Shown here one piece after another: positions 37,527 to 51,500 of a stretch of DNA of 64,000 bases. The DNA lies in NCBI GenBank assembly GCA_002269645.1, contig NIVC01000725.1, forward strand, positions 62,001-126,000, written 5' to 3'. The position numbers and the translations under genes are program-made. The notes under the pieces were generated by a model. The model was not told the origin of the DNA and did not search any database. It saw nothing but the letters and a program-made list of their open reading frames with translations. How positions within the stretch are numbered: position 1 is the first letter of the stretch; each line of letters begins with the position of its first letter. Source of the stretch: Macrostomum lignano. Its lineage: Eukaryota.

Positions 37527-37557
<31 letters not shown>

Positions 37558-37718
37558 CACAGACAAACAGACAGACACACGGACAGACAGACAGACAGAC
37601 AGATACACACAGACACACACACAGACAGACAGACAGATACACACAGACACACACACACACACAGACAGACAGACAGACAGACGCAGAGACAGACAGACAG
37701 ACAGACAGACAGATACAC

Positions 37719-37764
<46 letters not shown>

Positions 37765-37766
37765 GC

Positions 37767-37807
<41 letters not shown>

Positions 37808-37812
37808 TACAC

Positions 37813-37862
<50 letters not shown>

Positions 37863-38378
37863 GCAGAGACAGGCGGCATGGCCCTACCTAGGCGGCAGCA
37901 GCATCTCGGCAATCTCCACCTCCAGGCCAGCAATAGCCCGGTCCCGATCGCAATTCTCCTGTTTAGCCATGTCAACCAGTTCGCCGTCTTCGCCGTCGCC
38001 ATCTTCCAAATCGCCGTCGACGCCATTCAACGAACTGATGAGCTGCCGGGTCTCCGCCGCCAGCTGGCGCAGCAGCAGCAGGTCGTCAATCTTGTCCGCC
38101 AGCGGTTTCAGCTGGCGCCATTTGGCCGAATCGGATTCGATTTTGGCGGCAGCTGGAGCTGCGCCATCCGAAGCTGCGGCAGCATTTGCAGCCTGAGCTA
38201 TCCGAGCTGTCAATGCGTCAAACTCGGCCGACAGACGGCCAATGCGAGCATCGAATTTCGGCCGTAACGAGTCCGGCAAAGAGTGCAAGCAGCGATGACA
38301 GCGGAGTGGAATTCGACTAAGCAATAAACGCCCGCATTGGGCGCCCAGTGCAGCCGCCGCTGTTGCTGCTTTCAGCAT
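34837..38378 (-). CDS. MTRF1L: Mitochondrial class-1 peptide chain release factor (RF1/mtRF1a-like)
   Basis: Exons 38378-37888, 37289-37103, 37002-36823, 36148-35933, 35136-34837 (~457 aa). Presequence-like N-terminus, [19 protein letters not shown] (PxT), [10 protein letters not shown] (GGQ), RIRTYNY. Confidence 0.9.
36390..36745. repeat. (CTAA/CTAG)n compound microsatellite in release-factor intron 3
   Basis: Direct reading. Confidence 0.95.
37338..37870. repeat. (CAGA)n/(CA)n compound microsatellite in release-factor intron 1
   Basis: Direct reading. Confidence 0.97.
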
Positions 38379-38657
38379 CGTTGGCTATGAAAAGTAATTA
38401 TTTGGCACTGGAAAACAATAGGGAATTGTTGCGTGGTGACAAGTCATTGGGTATATTCTATATTTGCTTAAATCTTATTTGAAAAAAAAATACAGCTATA
38501 TTTTTACTATAAGTAGAGTACTTAGCAAAACCTAAATATTATTAATTTTTGCGTGCAATATTCTGTTATTTTTACTGTTAGTAGAGTATAAAGAAAATGC
38601 AAGTTAAAACTAAATTGTATTTGGAGAATATTTTTATTCATCGCATTTTGTTAGTGA

Positions 38658-39171
38658 CAGTGGTGTGATTGGAAACTTTGCCAAATTTCGCGCCGACTGA
38701 AAATTTTCGCGCCATGCCAATAATATTCTACTGACAGCCAAATAAGTCAATTGATGACACTTTTGAAGATGCGTCTGGCTACCAATTAGCATGTCTCTTA
38801 AGTCACAGCCGTGTTCCCCCTGAACTTCTTGTTGGCGATGTCTGCAGACAGACGACTGCTCGTGCTGGTGATTGACGACGTTGACAGCAGCTCAACAGCC
38901 TTGCGCTTTAAGACGAGCTCAGCTAGCTTCCCTGCCTTCTTCTGTTTCTTCTTCTGCACATTCTGCTGCTGACGCCTGAGATTGAACTCAGTTTGTTAGA
39001 TTAATCTCCTAAGCTATGACATTCTTGTATTTCATACTGTCTGACAAGAGAATAAGTGTAAAAAGCAGAAAATAAGAATGCAATTTTCGCGCCCATGGTT
39101 TCACAAAATTTCGCGCCAGACCCCCAGGATTCGCGCATTCGCGCCATTTTCGCGCCTGAATCACACCACTG
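38658..39171. mobile_element. Non-autonomous hAT-type DNA transposon (514 bp) upstream of the release-factor gene
   Basis: Perfect 13-bp TIR CAGTGGTGTGATT / AATCACACCACTG, perfect 8-bp TSD GTTAGTGA (38650-38657, 39172-39179), multiple subterminal TTCGCGCC motifs, internal coding remnant 38975-38798 (-). Confidence 0.9.
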
Positions 39172-40047
39172 GTTAGTGACTATCAAAGCGACTTACTCAT
39201 GTTCAGACATGCTGTACACACATCATTAGTTAGCTTTAAAGGGGGTCGCCTATCTACAGAGTTCATTGTCCCTGTTACAAACCTAAAAAATAAAAGTGCT
39301 ACAGAAAATATAACTCAAAATTAGGGGACTTCCATTTTATATTTATTTTCGGGAAAACAGTTATTTTCAAAGTTATTTTATCTCTGAGTATTATTAATTT
39401 AGAAAAAAAGTTGTTTAAAAATGATTTAAGATAATAGAAAGTAACTTAAAGTTATCAAGGGCAAGTTGTTTCTATATTTAAATTATAAAAATCCAATAAA
39501 ACTTTATGAGTCTCAAGAGTCTAACAAAAAACAATGACCTAAGAATTCAAAAATCTTTCTTTTGATTGACATTACTACGAGTAATATATAGCATTTTCCA
39601 AGCTAATGGAGCCAGACAGCAAGCAGTTTAATCCTCAGCGGAAGTGTCAAGCTACCAAAGACTGGATTCTTATAGTCTATGGCCCAAACGAGGGTCTCCG
39701 CAGCTCAATTGGCTGGGAAGCTGCTATAGTTGGATTTAAAAACAATTTTTAGCAAGGAAGAAGATAAAAAAGGAAAACCTGCATTAAAAAACGGTTGCAT
39801 GTAAGGTATTGTAGTAAAGTATAAGGAATTGACATGTCAAATTTAAAGAAACATTTACGATCAGAAATCAATAAAAATTATGAGAAAAGAAACACATTAG
39901 TCTTACACTATATAAATAAAAGAAAATAAAATCATAAATGTAGGCTCACAATAATATCTACTAAATAATCTTTGCTAAAACTGTAGTATTGTACAACTGC
40001 TTGTCAGAGTTATAAAATGTTAACAGTAAATATTGTTATTATTACTG

Positions 40048-42249
40048 TTATTGCTGCTCCTGCTCCTGTTGCTTCTGCTTCTTCAGATAAGCATCGTACT
40101 GATTGACAGCCTTCTGCATCATGGACAGGAAGCCGGGCACGCCGGTCTTGGCGCCCCAATTAATCAGCATAGTGGGTATTGAGCCGCGAGGGTCGTCATA
40201 GTACTGCATGTAAGCTGGAATTGTTTGTTTTAAACCATGATAGTTAAACCATGTCTACACCCAACTACTCAAACCTCATAGATCCGGAATCCATAAATTG
40301 TAACATAATCTCAAATCTCAAATCCGAAATCCATAAATCTCAAATTCATAAATTCCGGATGCATATATTGTATCTCGAATCAATAAATTCCAAATCCATA
40401 AATATCGAATCAATAAATTCCAAATCCATAAATTTCGAATTCATAAATCCCAAACTCATAAATCCCGAATCCGTAAATCCCAAATTAAAAAATCTCGAAT
40501 TCATAAATCTCAAATTTATAAATCCCGAATCCATCAATCTTCAATTCATAAATCCCAAATCCATAAACTCCAAATTCATTTAAAATCTCAAATTCATAAA
40601 TCACGAATTAAACAATCCTGAAACTATAAATCCTGAATTCATAAATCCCGAATCCATAAATCCTGAATCCATAAATCCCGAATCCATAAAATCCCAAATC
40701 CGAAAATCCCGAATTCATAAATCCCAAATCCACAAAACCCGAATCCATACTTCCCAAATCCATAATTAATCTCAAACCCATAAATCCCAAATCCATGAAT
40801 TCTAAACTCACCCCTAGTGCCGCCCTGTCCATCCATCCACTTCTCGGTCGTCGCCCTCCTGTAGCAGCACTTTGAGCTCATTCACGTACGAGTCCCAGGT
40901 GCGGCGATAATCCAGATCGCGGTACACCTGCGGCAGTGCGGATATGCAGAAGTTTTTGTTATAATCGATATGCTGGCCTGGCAACTGAGGATCTGAGAGG
41001 CTGGCTCAGCAAATGAGGATCTGGGTGGCTGGCTCAGCAACTGAGGATCTAAGAGGCTGGCTCAGCAACTGAGGATCTGGGAGGCTGGCCTAGCAACTGA
41101 GGATCTGGGAGGGTGGCTCAGCAACTGAGGATCTGGGAGGGTGGCTCAGCAACTGAGGATCTGAGAGGCTGGCCAAGAAACTGAGGATCTGGGATACTGG
41201 CTCAGCAACTGAGGATCTGGGAGGCTGGCCCAGCAACTGAGGATCTGGGAGGGTGGCTCAGCAACTGAGGATCTGAGAGGCTGGCCAAGAAACTGAGGAT
41301 CTGGGATGCTGGCTCAGCAACTGAGGATCTGGGAGGGTGGCTCAGCAACTGAGGATCTGGGAGGGTGGCTCAGCAACTGAGGATCTGTGAGGCTGGCTCA
41401 GCAACTGAGGATCTGAGAGGCTGGCCAAGAAACTGAGGATCTGGGATGCTGGCTCAGCAACTGAGGATCTGGGAGGGTGGCCAAGAAACTGAGGATCTGG
41501 GATGCTGGCTCAGCAACTGAGGATCTGGGAGGGTGGCTCAGCAACTGAGGATCTGAGAGGCTGGCCAAGAAACTGAGGATCTGGGATGCTGGCTCAGCAA
41601 CTGAGGATCTGGGAGGCTGGCCCAGCAACTGAGGATCTGGGATGCTGGCTCAGCAACTGAGGATCTGGGAGGCTGGCCTAGCAAATGAGGATCTGGGTGG
41701 CTGGCTCAGTAACTGAGGATCTGAGAGGCTGGCCAAGAAACTGAGGATCTGGGAGGCTGGCTCAGTAACTGAGGATCTGGGATGCTGGCTCAGTAACTGA
41801 GGATCTGGGATGCTGGCTCAGCAACTGAGGATCTGGGAGGCTGGCTCAGTAACTGAGGATCTGGGATGCTGGCTCAGCAACTGAGGATCTGGGAGGCTGG
41901 CTCAGTAACTGAGGATCTGGGATGCTGGCTCAGTAACTGAGGATCTGGGATGCTGGCCCTACCATTGGGAATCTGGGAGGCTAGCGATGGCCCAGCAACT
42001 GGTGATCTGGGAGGCTGGCCCAGCAACTGAGGATCTGTAGAGTGCCCCACCAACCTGGGCGCAGAGCTCTGGCGCGGCCCCGTGCAGGAAGCCGTATATC
42101 TTGTACTTGTACAAGCCGGAAGTGGAATTGTACTGCCGGAAGATGCGCACATCGTGACTCTCGGTGAAAAACTCAAACCCATCCGTGTTTTCAACCTCCA
42201 ATTGTTGGCAAGCGTCGACAAACTCCTGGTCAGGGAATGGCTGCAGCAT
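40048..42249 (-). CDS. PCTP: Phosphatidylcholine transfer protein (STARD2-like START protein); disrupted as assembled by internal deletion plus frameshift
   Basis: Exons 42249-42055, 40927-40812, 40214-40048. Matches to PCTP: GLYKYKIYG, DLDYRRTWDSYVNEL, YYDDPRGSIPTMLINWGAKTGVP. The middle exon is 116 nt (wrong phase) and lacks the YWQVKYPFP..NRDYV segment. Confidence 0.85.
40265..40805. repeat. Degenerate ~15-nt repeat (ATAAATCCCGAATCC)n in PCTP last intron
   Basis: Direct reading. Confidence 0.9.
40983..42040. repeat. 28-nt minisatellite (GAGGATCTGGGAGGCTGGCTCAGCAACT)n in PCTP intron 1
   Basis: About 37 units; same family as 53180-53885 and 59605-60620. Confidence 0.97.
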
Positions 42250-42324
42250 TTTGGAGTAATGCAGTCTGGTTGCTGGAATGCAAGTAACAAAGAATGCTTG
42301 CGACATTGAATTTCGATGACGATG

Positions 42325-42745
42325 GGAATCTGGGATGCAGAGATGACTCAAGAAGATGAGGATCCGGGATGCAAAGATGACTCAAGATGATGAGGATCCG
42401 GGATGCAAAGATGACTCCAAATTATGAGCATCCGGGATGCAAAGATGACTCAAGATGATGAGAATCCGGGATGCAAAGATGACTGAAGATGATGAAGATC
42501 CGGGATGCAGAGATGACTCAAGAAGATAAGGATCCGGGATGCAAAGATGACTTAAGATGAGGATCCAGGATGCAAAGATGACTCAAGAAGATGAGGATCC
42601 GGGATGCAGAGATGACTCAAGAAGATAAGGATCCGGGATGCAGAGATGACTCAAGAAGATGAGGATCCAAGATGCAAAGATGACTCAAGAAGATGAGGAT
42701 CCGGGATGCAAAGATGACTGAAGATGATAAGGATCCGGGAGACAA
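42325..42745. repeat. ~34-nt minisatellite (GATGAGGATCCGGGATGCAAAGATGACTCAAGAA)n upstream of PCTP
   Basis: About 12 units. Confidence 0.94.
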
Positions 42746-43239
42746 AGATCAAGAAATTCCCAGAAGTGCTCATCAATAAATAAAAGCGTGCCATCAGTTA
42801 ATAACAAAACGAACATAATCCTTTTTTCTGCTTTGCAGCTTTTAGAAGGCAACCAATTCTCGTAGCCGAAGCAGAACCAAACCACAAGAAAAACATATAT
42901 AACATTACAGCAATTTAAACAAAAACAAGAATCGGTATTTGCTTTGATTAATACATTTTACAAATCCATTACTATACATGCAATGTACATGCAGGATATA
43001 CTTGCACAGAAACATTTAGACTAAGCAATCTATAAAGAAATACTTCACCTTACCTCTGAAAGCAGTAGATTGATACAGGAATAATTTATGAACAATAAGA
43101 TTATAATAAACGTGTGCATAGAGCAGTCTGGTGTACTTAAACAAAGACTTGAATTGAGAAAAAGCAAATTGATAAGTAATAGCACATGCTATTGTTGCAG
43201 CAACTAAGAAAATCTCTAATTCTCTGCTTTAAAATCGTC

Positions 43240-43990
43240 TCTACTTTGCTCACATTGTCACTCTGTACCTTACTCACATTGTCACTCTGTACCTTACTCA
43301 CATTGTCACTCTGTACCTTACTTACACTGTTACTCTGTGCCCTACTCACATTGTCACTCTGTGCCTACTTACATTGTCACTCTGTACCTACTCACATTGT
43401 CACTCTGTACCTTACTCACATTGTCACTCTGTACCTTACTCACATTGTCACTCTGTACCTTACTTACACTGTTACTCTGTGCCCTACTCACATTGTCACT
43501 CTGTGCCTACTTACATTGTCACTCTGTACCTACTCACATTGTCACTCTGTACCTTACTCACATTGTCACTCTGTACCTTACTCACATTGTCACTCTGTAC
43601 CCTACTCACATTGTCACTCTGTGCCCTACTCACATTGTCACTCTGTGCCTACTTACATTGCCACTCTGTACCTACTCACATTGTCACTCTGTACCTTACT
43701 CACATTGTCACTCTGTACCTTACTCACATTGTCACTCTGTACCCTACTCACATTGTCACTCTGTGCCTTACTCACATTGTCACTCTGTACCTTACTCACA
43801 TTGTCACTGTGCCTACTTACATTGTCACTCTGTACCTTACTCACATTGTCACTCTGTGCCTACTTACATTGTCACTCTGTACCTTACTCACATTGTCACT
43901 CTGTACCTTACTCACATTCACTCTACCTTTATCACTTTGTCACTCTGTACCTCATTCACTGTCACTTTCTACCATACTCAAATTGTCACT
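43240..43990. repeat. 24-nt minisatellite (ACTCACATTGTCACTCTGTACCTT)n between SH3BP5 and PCTP
   Basis: About 30 units. Confidence 0.97.
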
Positions 43991-44589
43991 CTACCTCACA
44001 GCCGTGCAAATTGAAAGATAAATCGAACGTACTATAACTGATAGTAGTATAATATTAGGTTTACTGCAAAATTGAAACAAAAACGGTAAATATAAAAAAC
44101 TATCAATCGCGCTTTTGCGCCTAGTTCAAGCAATTTTTCTGACTGTTGGAGTATTTAGCAATTTGTGAGAAGCAAAATTTATTATTGTAAGTACAACTAG
44201 AGTTACAATGAAATAAAAAAGTACAATTTGAAGCACAAGAATTTCCACATCCCAATCAACATCTGATTTACATTCGAGAAAAATGATCAGGAATAAACAT
44301 TAAACGAGATCGACAATAATTAAGTTGAGTCATACTGAGATGTTTGAGAAGCACAGCACAGTGCATACAAAAAAGTAAATAAAATAATATTAACTCTAGA
44401 TCAACAAGGATTAAAGCTCAACTCAATTCAACAGCTGTTATTGCTTGCTTGAAAATCAACAATGAATATCAAATTTTGGAATTCGTTAAATTAAGCCTGA
44501 ATTGAGCCAGCCATTGTTAGGAAAGTTCAATACGTACATTGCTTTGTTTTACTTGTCTGCATTTTATTCGGGTAATTTTGTTCTTGATT

Positions 44590-45030
44590 AAACCATAATC
44601 AAGCAAGCAGCATAGATCATAGACACAAGGCTACACAAAGACCGTAGACAAAATCTATATAGGCACAAATAATAGACAAAAAGACTATATAGACACAAAC
44701 TATAGACACAAAGATCATAGACACAAAGTCCATAGACACAAAGACAGACCATCAACACCAAGACCATAGACACAGACTGTAAACACAAAGACAATAGAAT
44801 TAGAAATAAAGTCTATAGTTACATAGACACAAAGACTATACAGACACACAGACTATAGACACAAAGATCATGGACACAAAGACTATATAGACCCACAGAC
44901 TATAGACACAAAGACCATAGAATTCGAAATAAAGTCTATATAGACACGAAGACCATAGACACAAAGTCTATTTAGACACGAAGACCATAGACACAAAGTC
45001 TACTTAGACACACATAGACACTACATAGAC
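44590..45030. repeat. Degenerate (CATAGACACAAAGAC)-type repeat downstream of SH3BP5
   Basis: Direct reading. Confidence 0.85.
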
Positions 45031-45130
45031 TCGTATGAAAAATACTGGCTACTTGCCTACTGGCACTGCCCTAGAAATGAGTAGACGATATAGCGTACTT
45101 CACCGCAATTTATTTCAAGCAGTTTAAATA

Positions 45131-47343
<2,213 letters not shown>

Positions 47344-47600
47344 AGACAACTGAGCTGTCAATCAAATCCTTCTCGCGCTATCTACCCTCCTACTTACTAC
47401 TAAATAGCAGTATCGCCAAAAGTTGATTAATCAGCTCGCTAATTCTGACGAGTTCTGGCGCCGAATTCGATTTGACTGGAAAGCGGATTAAGGTGCGATT
47501 AACTGCTTTTATAAATCTAAGTGCGAGTCACAACTGCGGTAGCAACAGCCCGGCCTACCCTGACACAGAGTTACACTTGACCATAGACGAGAAGCTTTGA

Positions 47601-47623
47601 TGACGTCATTCTCTATGACGTCA
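47601..47623. promoter_or_regulatory. Pair of palindromic CRE (CREB/ATF) sites ~260 bp upstream of the SH3BP5 start
   Basis: TGACGTCA at 47601-47608 and 47616-47623. Confidence 0.45.
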
Positions 47624-47914
47624 CACCTGACTTCTACAGCTGTATATATGTATTATAAAGAGTCAATAAATAAAGACACAATACCTTCTGAAAACCAAGA
47701 AACGAACAAAATTTTTTCCAACCCATATAGTTAATGGATGTACTTGATTTATAGATTGACACAAGTGCGCAACTAATAAATTTTAACAATTTCAATTAAG
47801 CAAGTATAGGCATCAATACGAATAGAGCTATAAAATAGCATTACAGATGACTAACAGTAAAGTGTAACGAAGTTCTGAAAATTAAAATGCGATCGGATTC
47901 GAGTTGGAGGGATA

Positions 47915-48350
47915 TTTGGGGATTCTAATTGATGGGATATTTAAGGATTCTAAATCTTGGGATATTTGGGGATTCAAATTGATGGGATATTCGAGGATTT
48001 TAATTGAAGGGATATTTCGGGGATTCTAAAATTAAAGGGATATTTAGAGATTCTAGGAGGAATTGAAGGGATATTTGGGAATCCTAATTGAAGGGATATT
48101 TGGGAATTCTAATTGGAGGGATATTTGGGAATTCTAATTGAAGGGATATTCGGGGATTCGAATTGAAGGGATATTTGGGAATTCTAATTGAAGGGATATT
48201 TGGGAATTCTAATTGAAGGGATATTTGGGAATTCTAATTGAAGGGATATTTGGGAATTCTAATTGAAGGGATATTTCGGGGATTCGAATTGAAAGGATAA
48301 ACGGGGATTCGAATTGAAGGGATATTTGGGGATACGAGTTAAAGGGACTC
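47915..48350. repeat. 25-nt minisatellite (GAAGGGATATTTGGGAATTCTAATT)n between POLR3A and SH3BP5
   Basis: About 17 units. Confidence 0.94.
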
Positions 48351-48570
48351 GAGATAAAGAGATACTTAGGAATTAGGTTTGGAGTGATAATTGAGGATTC
48401 TAGCTCGTAGCTATAAGCTATAATAATAAAAAATCTAGGATCCCCTTAAAATATATTAAAAGCCAAAAGACTAATCAAGCACATCAGGCATACAGTGGAA
48501 CTGGATTGCGCTATCCATATTAAATACCTATCGATCATAAACTGCAAATAGAAGCAACAATGCCAAAGCA

Positions 48571-51500
48571 TCAAGCGGGATAGGAGTCAAATATGACGGG
48601 TCTTCTAGGAGGCGTCAGCACTGCGGAATCCTGCTGCATGAGCAGCGAGAACAGGCCTGTGCCCAGCCTGGTAGGCTTGCCCAGTATGATTGACTCGGAC
48701 ACGCCGGACAGATCGTCCGTCTGTCCGTGATAGGCCGCCTCAAACAGGTGATCGGCAGTCTGCTCAAAGCTGGCCAACATGAGCACGGACTCCTTCAGCT
48801 TGGCAATACCGTGCCGCTGGTTGCCCAACACTTCGCCCTGCTGAGTCATCAGATCCGCCAGCAGGTTCACGTGCCGGGTGTCCACTTCGACACCGTGGCC
48901 GGCCATAACGTCTAGCATCTCGCGGACTAGCGTGGCCCTGGCCGACTCGATTCCCAGCACGCTGGCCATCTCCAAGACGCTGTTGGACTGGGTTCGACAG
49001 CCGTCAACTCCGGGGATGCAGAGCACCGGAGCCAGCTGGCTGCCTTCAACGAACAGAGTGTAATCCGAGTCGCGATTATCCCGGTGGATGATGGCCCGAG
49101 TGACGCTGGACAGGCCGCGGACGATCACCGATTCCAGGTTGGCGCGCAGGTGCCGGATTGTGGACACGTCCTCCGGGTACACTGCCAGCTGGTCTGCGCC
49201 TACAGGGCAGGGATGGCGCTGGTAGTTAGGGGGGAGCTGGCTGTCTGTCTGTCTGCCTGTCTGTGTCTGTCTGTCTGTGTCTGTCTCTCTGTCTGCCTGT
49301 CTGTGTCTGCCTGCCTCAGTATCATTCTGTCTGTCTGTGTCTGTCTATTTGTCTGTCTTAGAGCCTGACTGTCTGCCTGTCTGTGACTGTCTGTCTGTGT
49401 CTGCCTGCCTTAGTATCATTCTGTTTGTCTGTGTCTGTCTGTCTGTCTGTCTGTCTACCTTGAGGTGTTTATCTACCTATCTGTCTGGCAATTGAGTGTT
49501 TGTCTACCATGTGCGTCAATTTGTGTTGATGTTTGCTCCTTTCTACCTGTCTGTCTGTCTGTCTGTCTGTCTGTGCGTTTCTAAAAATGCTAGCAACTCT
49601 TTAATGAGGTACTCACCGATCATATCAACGCCTTTAATTTTATACCCGCCCAGCTTGGCGGACACAATAGCAGCTCCAATAGCTTTAGGCGTAGTTCGCA
49701 GCTTCAATATAGCCAATCGTTGCAAGTCCAGCTTCAATCTAATGCTAACCTCGTCCGGTTCGATGCACTCGCTAATGCTCAGACAGATCTCGGACAGCCT
49801 GGTAGGCTCTATACAAGCTTTTATTCGTCTAGCTTGGCCCTCGTCTCTAGCAGCCTCGGGCGTCAATCTGGCCGTTATAATTGGAGTAGAAATCGCTCTA
49901 ATGGCATTAATCAGCTCGCGAATTCGTGGCACACCCTGGGTAATGTTCATACTAGCCACGCCGGCAAAGTGAAACGTTTTCAACGTCATCTGGGTGGCCG
50001 GCTCGCCGATGCTCTGAGCGCACAGGGCGCCAACCGGGGTCCCGGGTTCGATTAGGGCGCGCCGGTGCTTGGCGCGGCACAAATCTACGTAGATCTGATG
50101 CCAAGGCTCTTTGGCGAGACGGCGACGCTTAGCGCAAGCCTCCATGCCGGCTTTGTAAGCGGCTGAGAGTGGAGACAGATTCCTACTGCTACTATTGAGC
50201 TCAGCTTCTGTCTGCTGATCTGGCAACAGGGGGCAGCTGATGCCAGCGCTACTCATTGCGGAGCCGCTGCTTGTCTTGGCCAGATGCAAAGTACGAGCCA
50301 GATCGGCGAGACGATCGAAATCGACTGGATGGCTGAAATGCGAGGAGTGAGTTGAAGGATGAATTAGGCAAATTAGTAGCATGTTTTACTGTGTTGGGGA
50401 GTGGCCGTGCAAGCCGAGAGGGGCGCAGAGGCAGAGAAGTATAGGGGAGATGTGGAAGAGGAGAGAAAAGAGAGGAAGAGAGGGGAAAGGAGAAGGGGAG
50501 AGGGAGAAGGGAGAGGAGAAAAGAGGGGAGGGTAGAGGGGAGAGGTAGACAGAAAGAGGGGAGAGGAGAGAGAAGAGAGTGAGAGGGGAGAAGAGAAGAG
50601 AGAGAGAGAGGGGGGAGAGGAGAAGAGGGAGAGGGGAGAGAGGGGAGAGGAGAAGAGAGAGAGGGGAGAGAAGAGAGGGAGAGGGGAGAGAGGGGTGAAG
50701 AGAAGAGAGAGAGAGGGGAGAGGAGAAGAGAGGGAGAGGGGAAAGGAGAAGAGAGGGAGAGGGGAAAGGAGAAGAGAGGGAGAGGGGAGAGAGGAGAAGA
50801 GAGAGAGAGGGGAGAGGAGAAGAGAGGGAGAGGGGAAAGGAGAAGAGAGGGAGAGGGGAGAAGAGAAGAGAGAGAGAGGGGGGAGAGGAGAAGAGGGAGA
50901 GGGGAGAGAGGGGAGAGGAGAAGAGAGAGAGAGGGGAGAGGAGAAGAGAGGGAGAGGGGAGAGAGGGGTGAAGAGAAGAGAGAGAGAGGGGAGAGGAGAA
51001 GAGAGGGAGAGGGGAAAGGAGAAGAGAGGGAGAGGGGAAAGGAGAAGAGAGGGAGAGGGGAGAGAGGAGAAGAGAGAGAGGGGAGAGGAGAAGAGAGGGA
51101 GAGGGGAAAGGAGAAGAGAGGGAGAGGGGAGAGAGGGGAGATGAGAAGAGAGTGAGAGGGGTGTAGAGAAGAGAGAGAGGGGGGAGAGGAGAAGAGGGAG
51201 AGGGTAGAGGAGAAGGGAGGGAGAGGGGAGAGGAGAAGAGAGGGAGAGGGAGAGAGGGGAGAGGAGAAGAGAGAGAGAGGGGAGAGGAGAAGAGGGAGAG
51301 AGGGGAGAGGAGAAGAGGGAGAGAGGGGAGAGGAGAAGAGAGGGAGAGGGGAGAAAAGAAGAGAGGGAGAGGGGAGAGAGAGGAGAGGAGAAGAGAGGGA
51401 GAGGGGTGAAAAGAAGAGAAGGAGAGGGGAGAGAGGGGTGAAGAGAAGAGAGTGAGAGGGGAGAAGAGAAGCGGAGAGGGGAGAAGAGAAGAGATTGGAG

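Noticed and set aside
40983-42040. CTGAGGA/CTGATGA and GAAAC in the 28-nt array resembling a hammerhead ribozyme core
   Set aside because: Stem II lacks the required R-Y closing pair and no stem I/III with an NUH site could be built.
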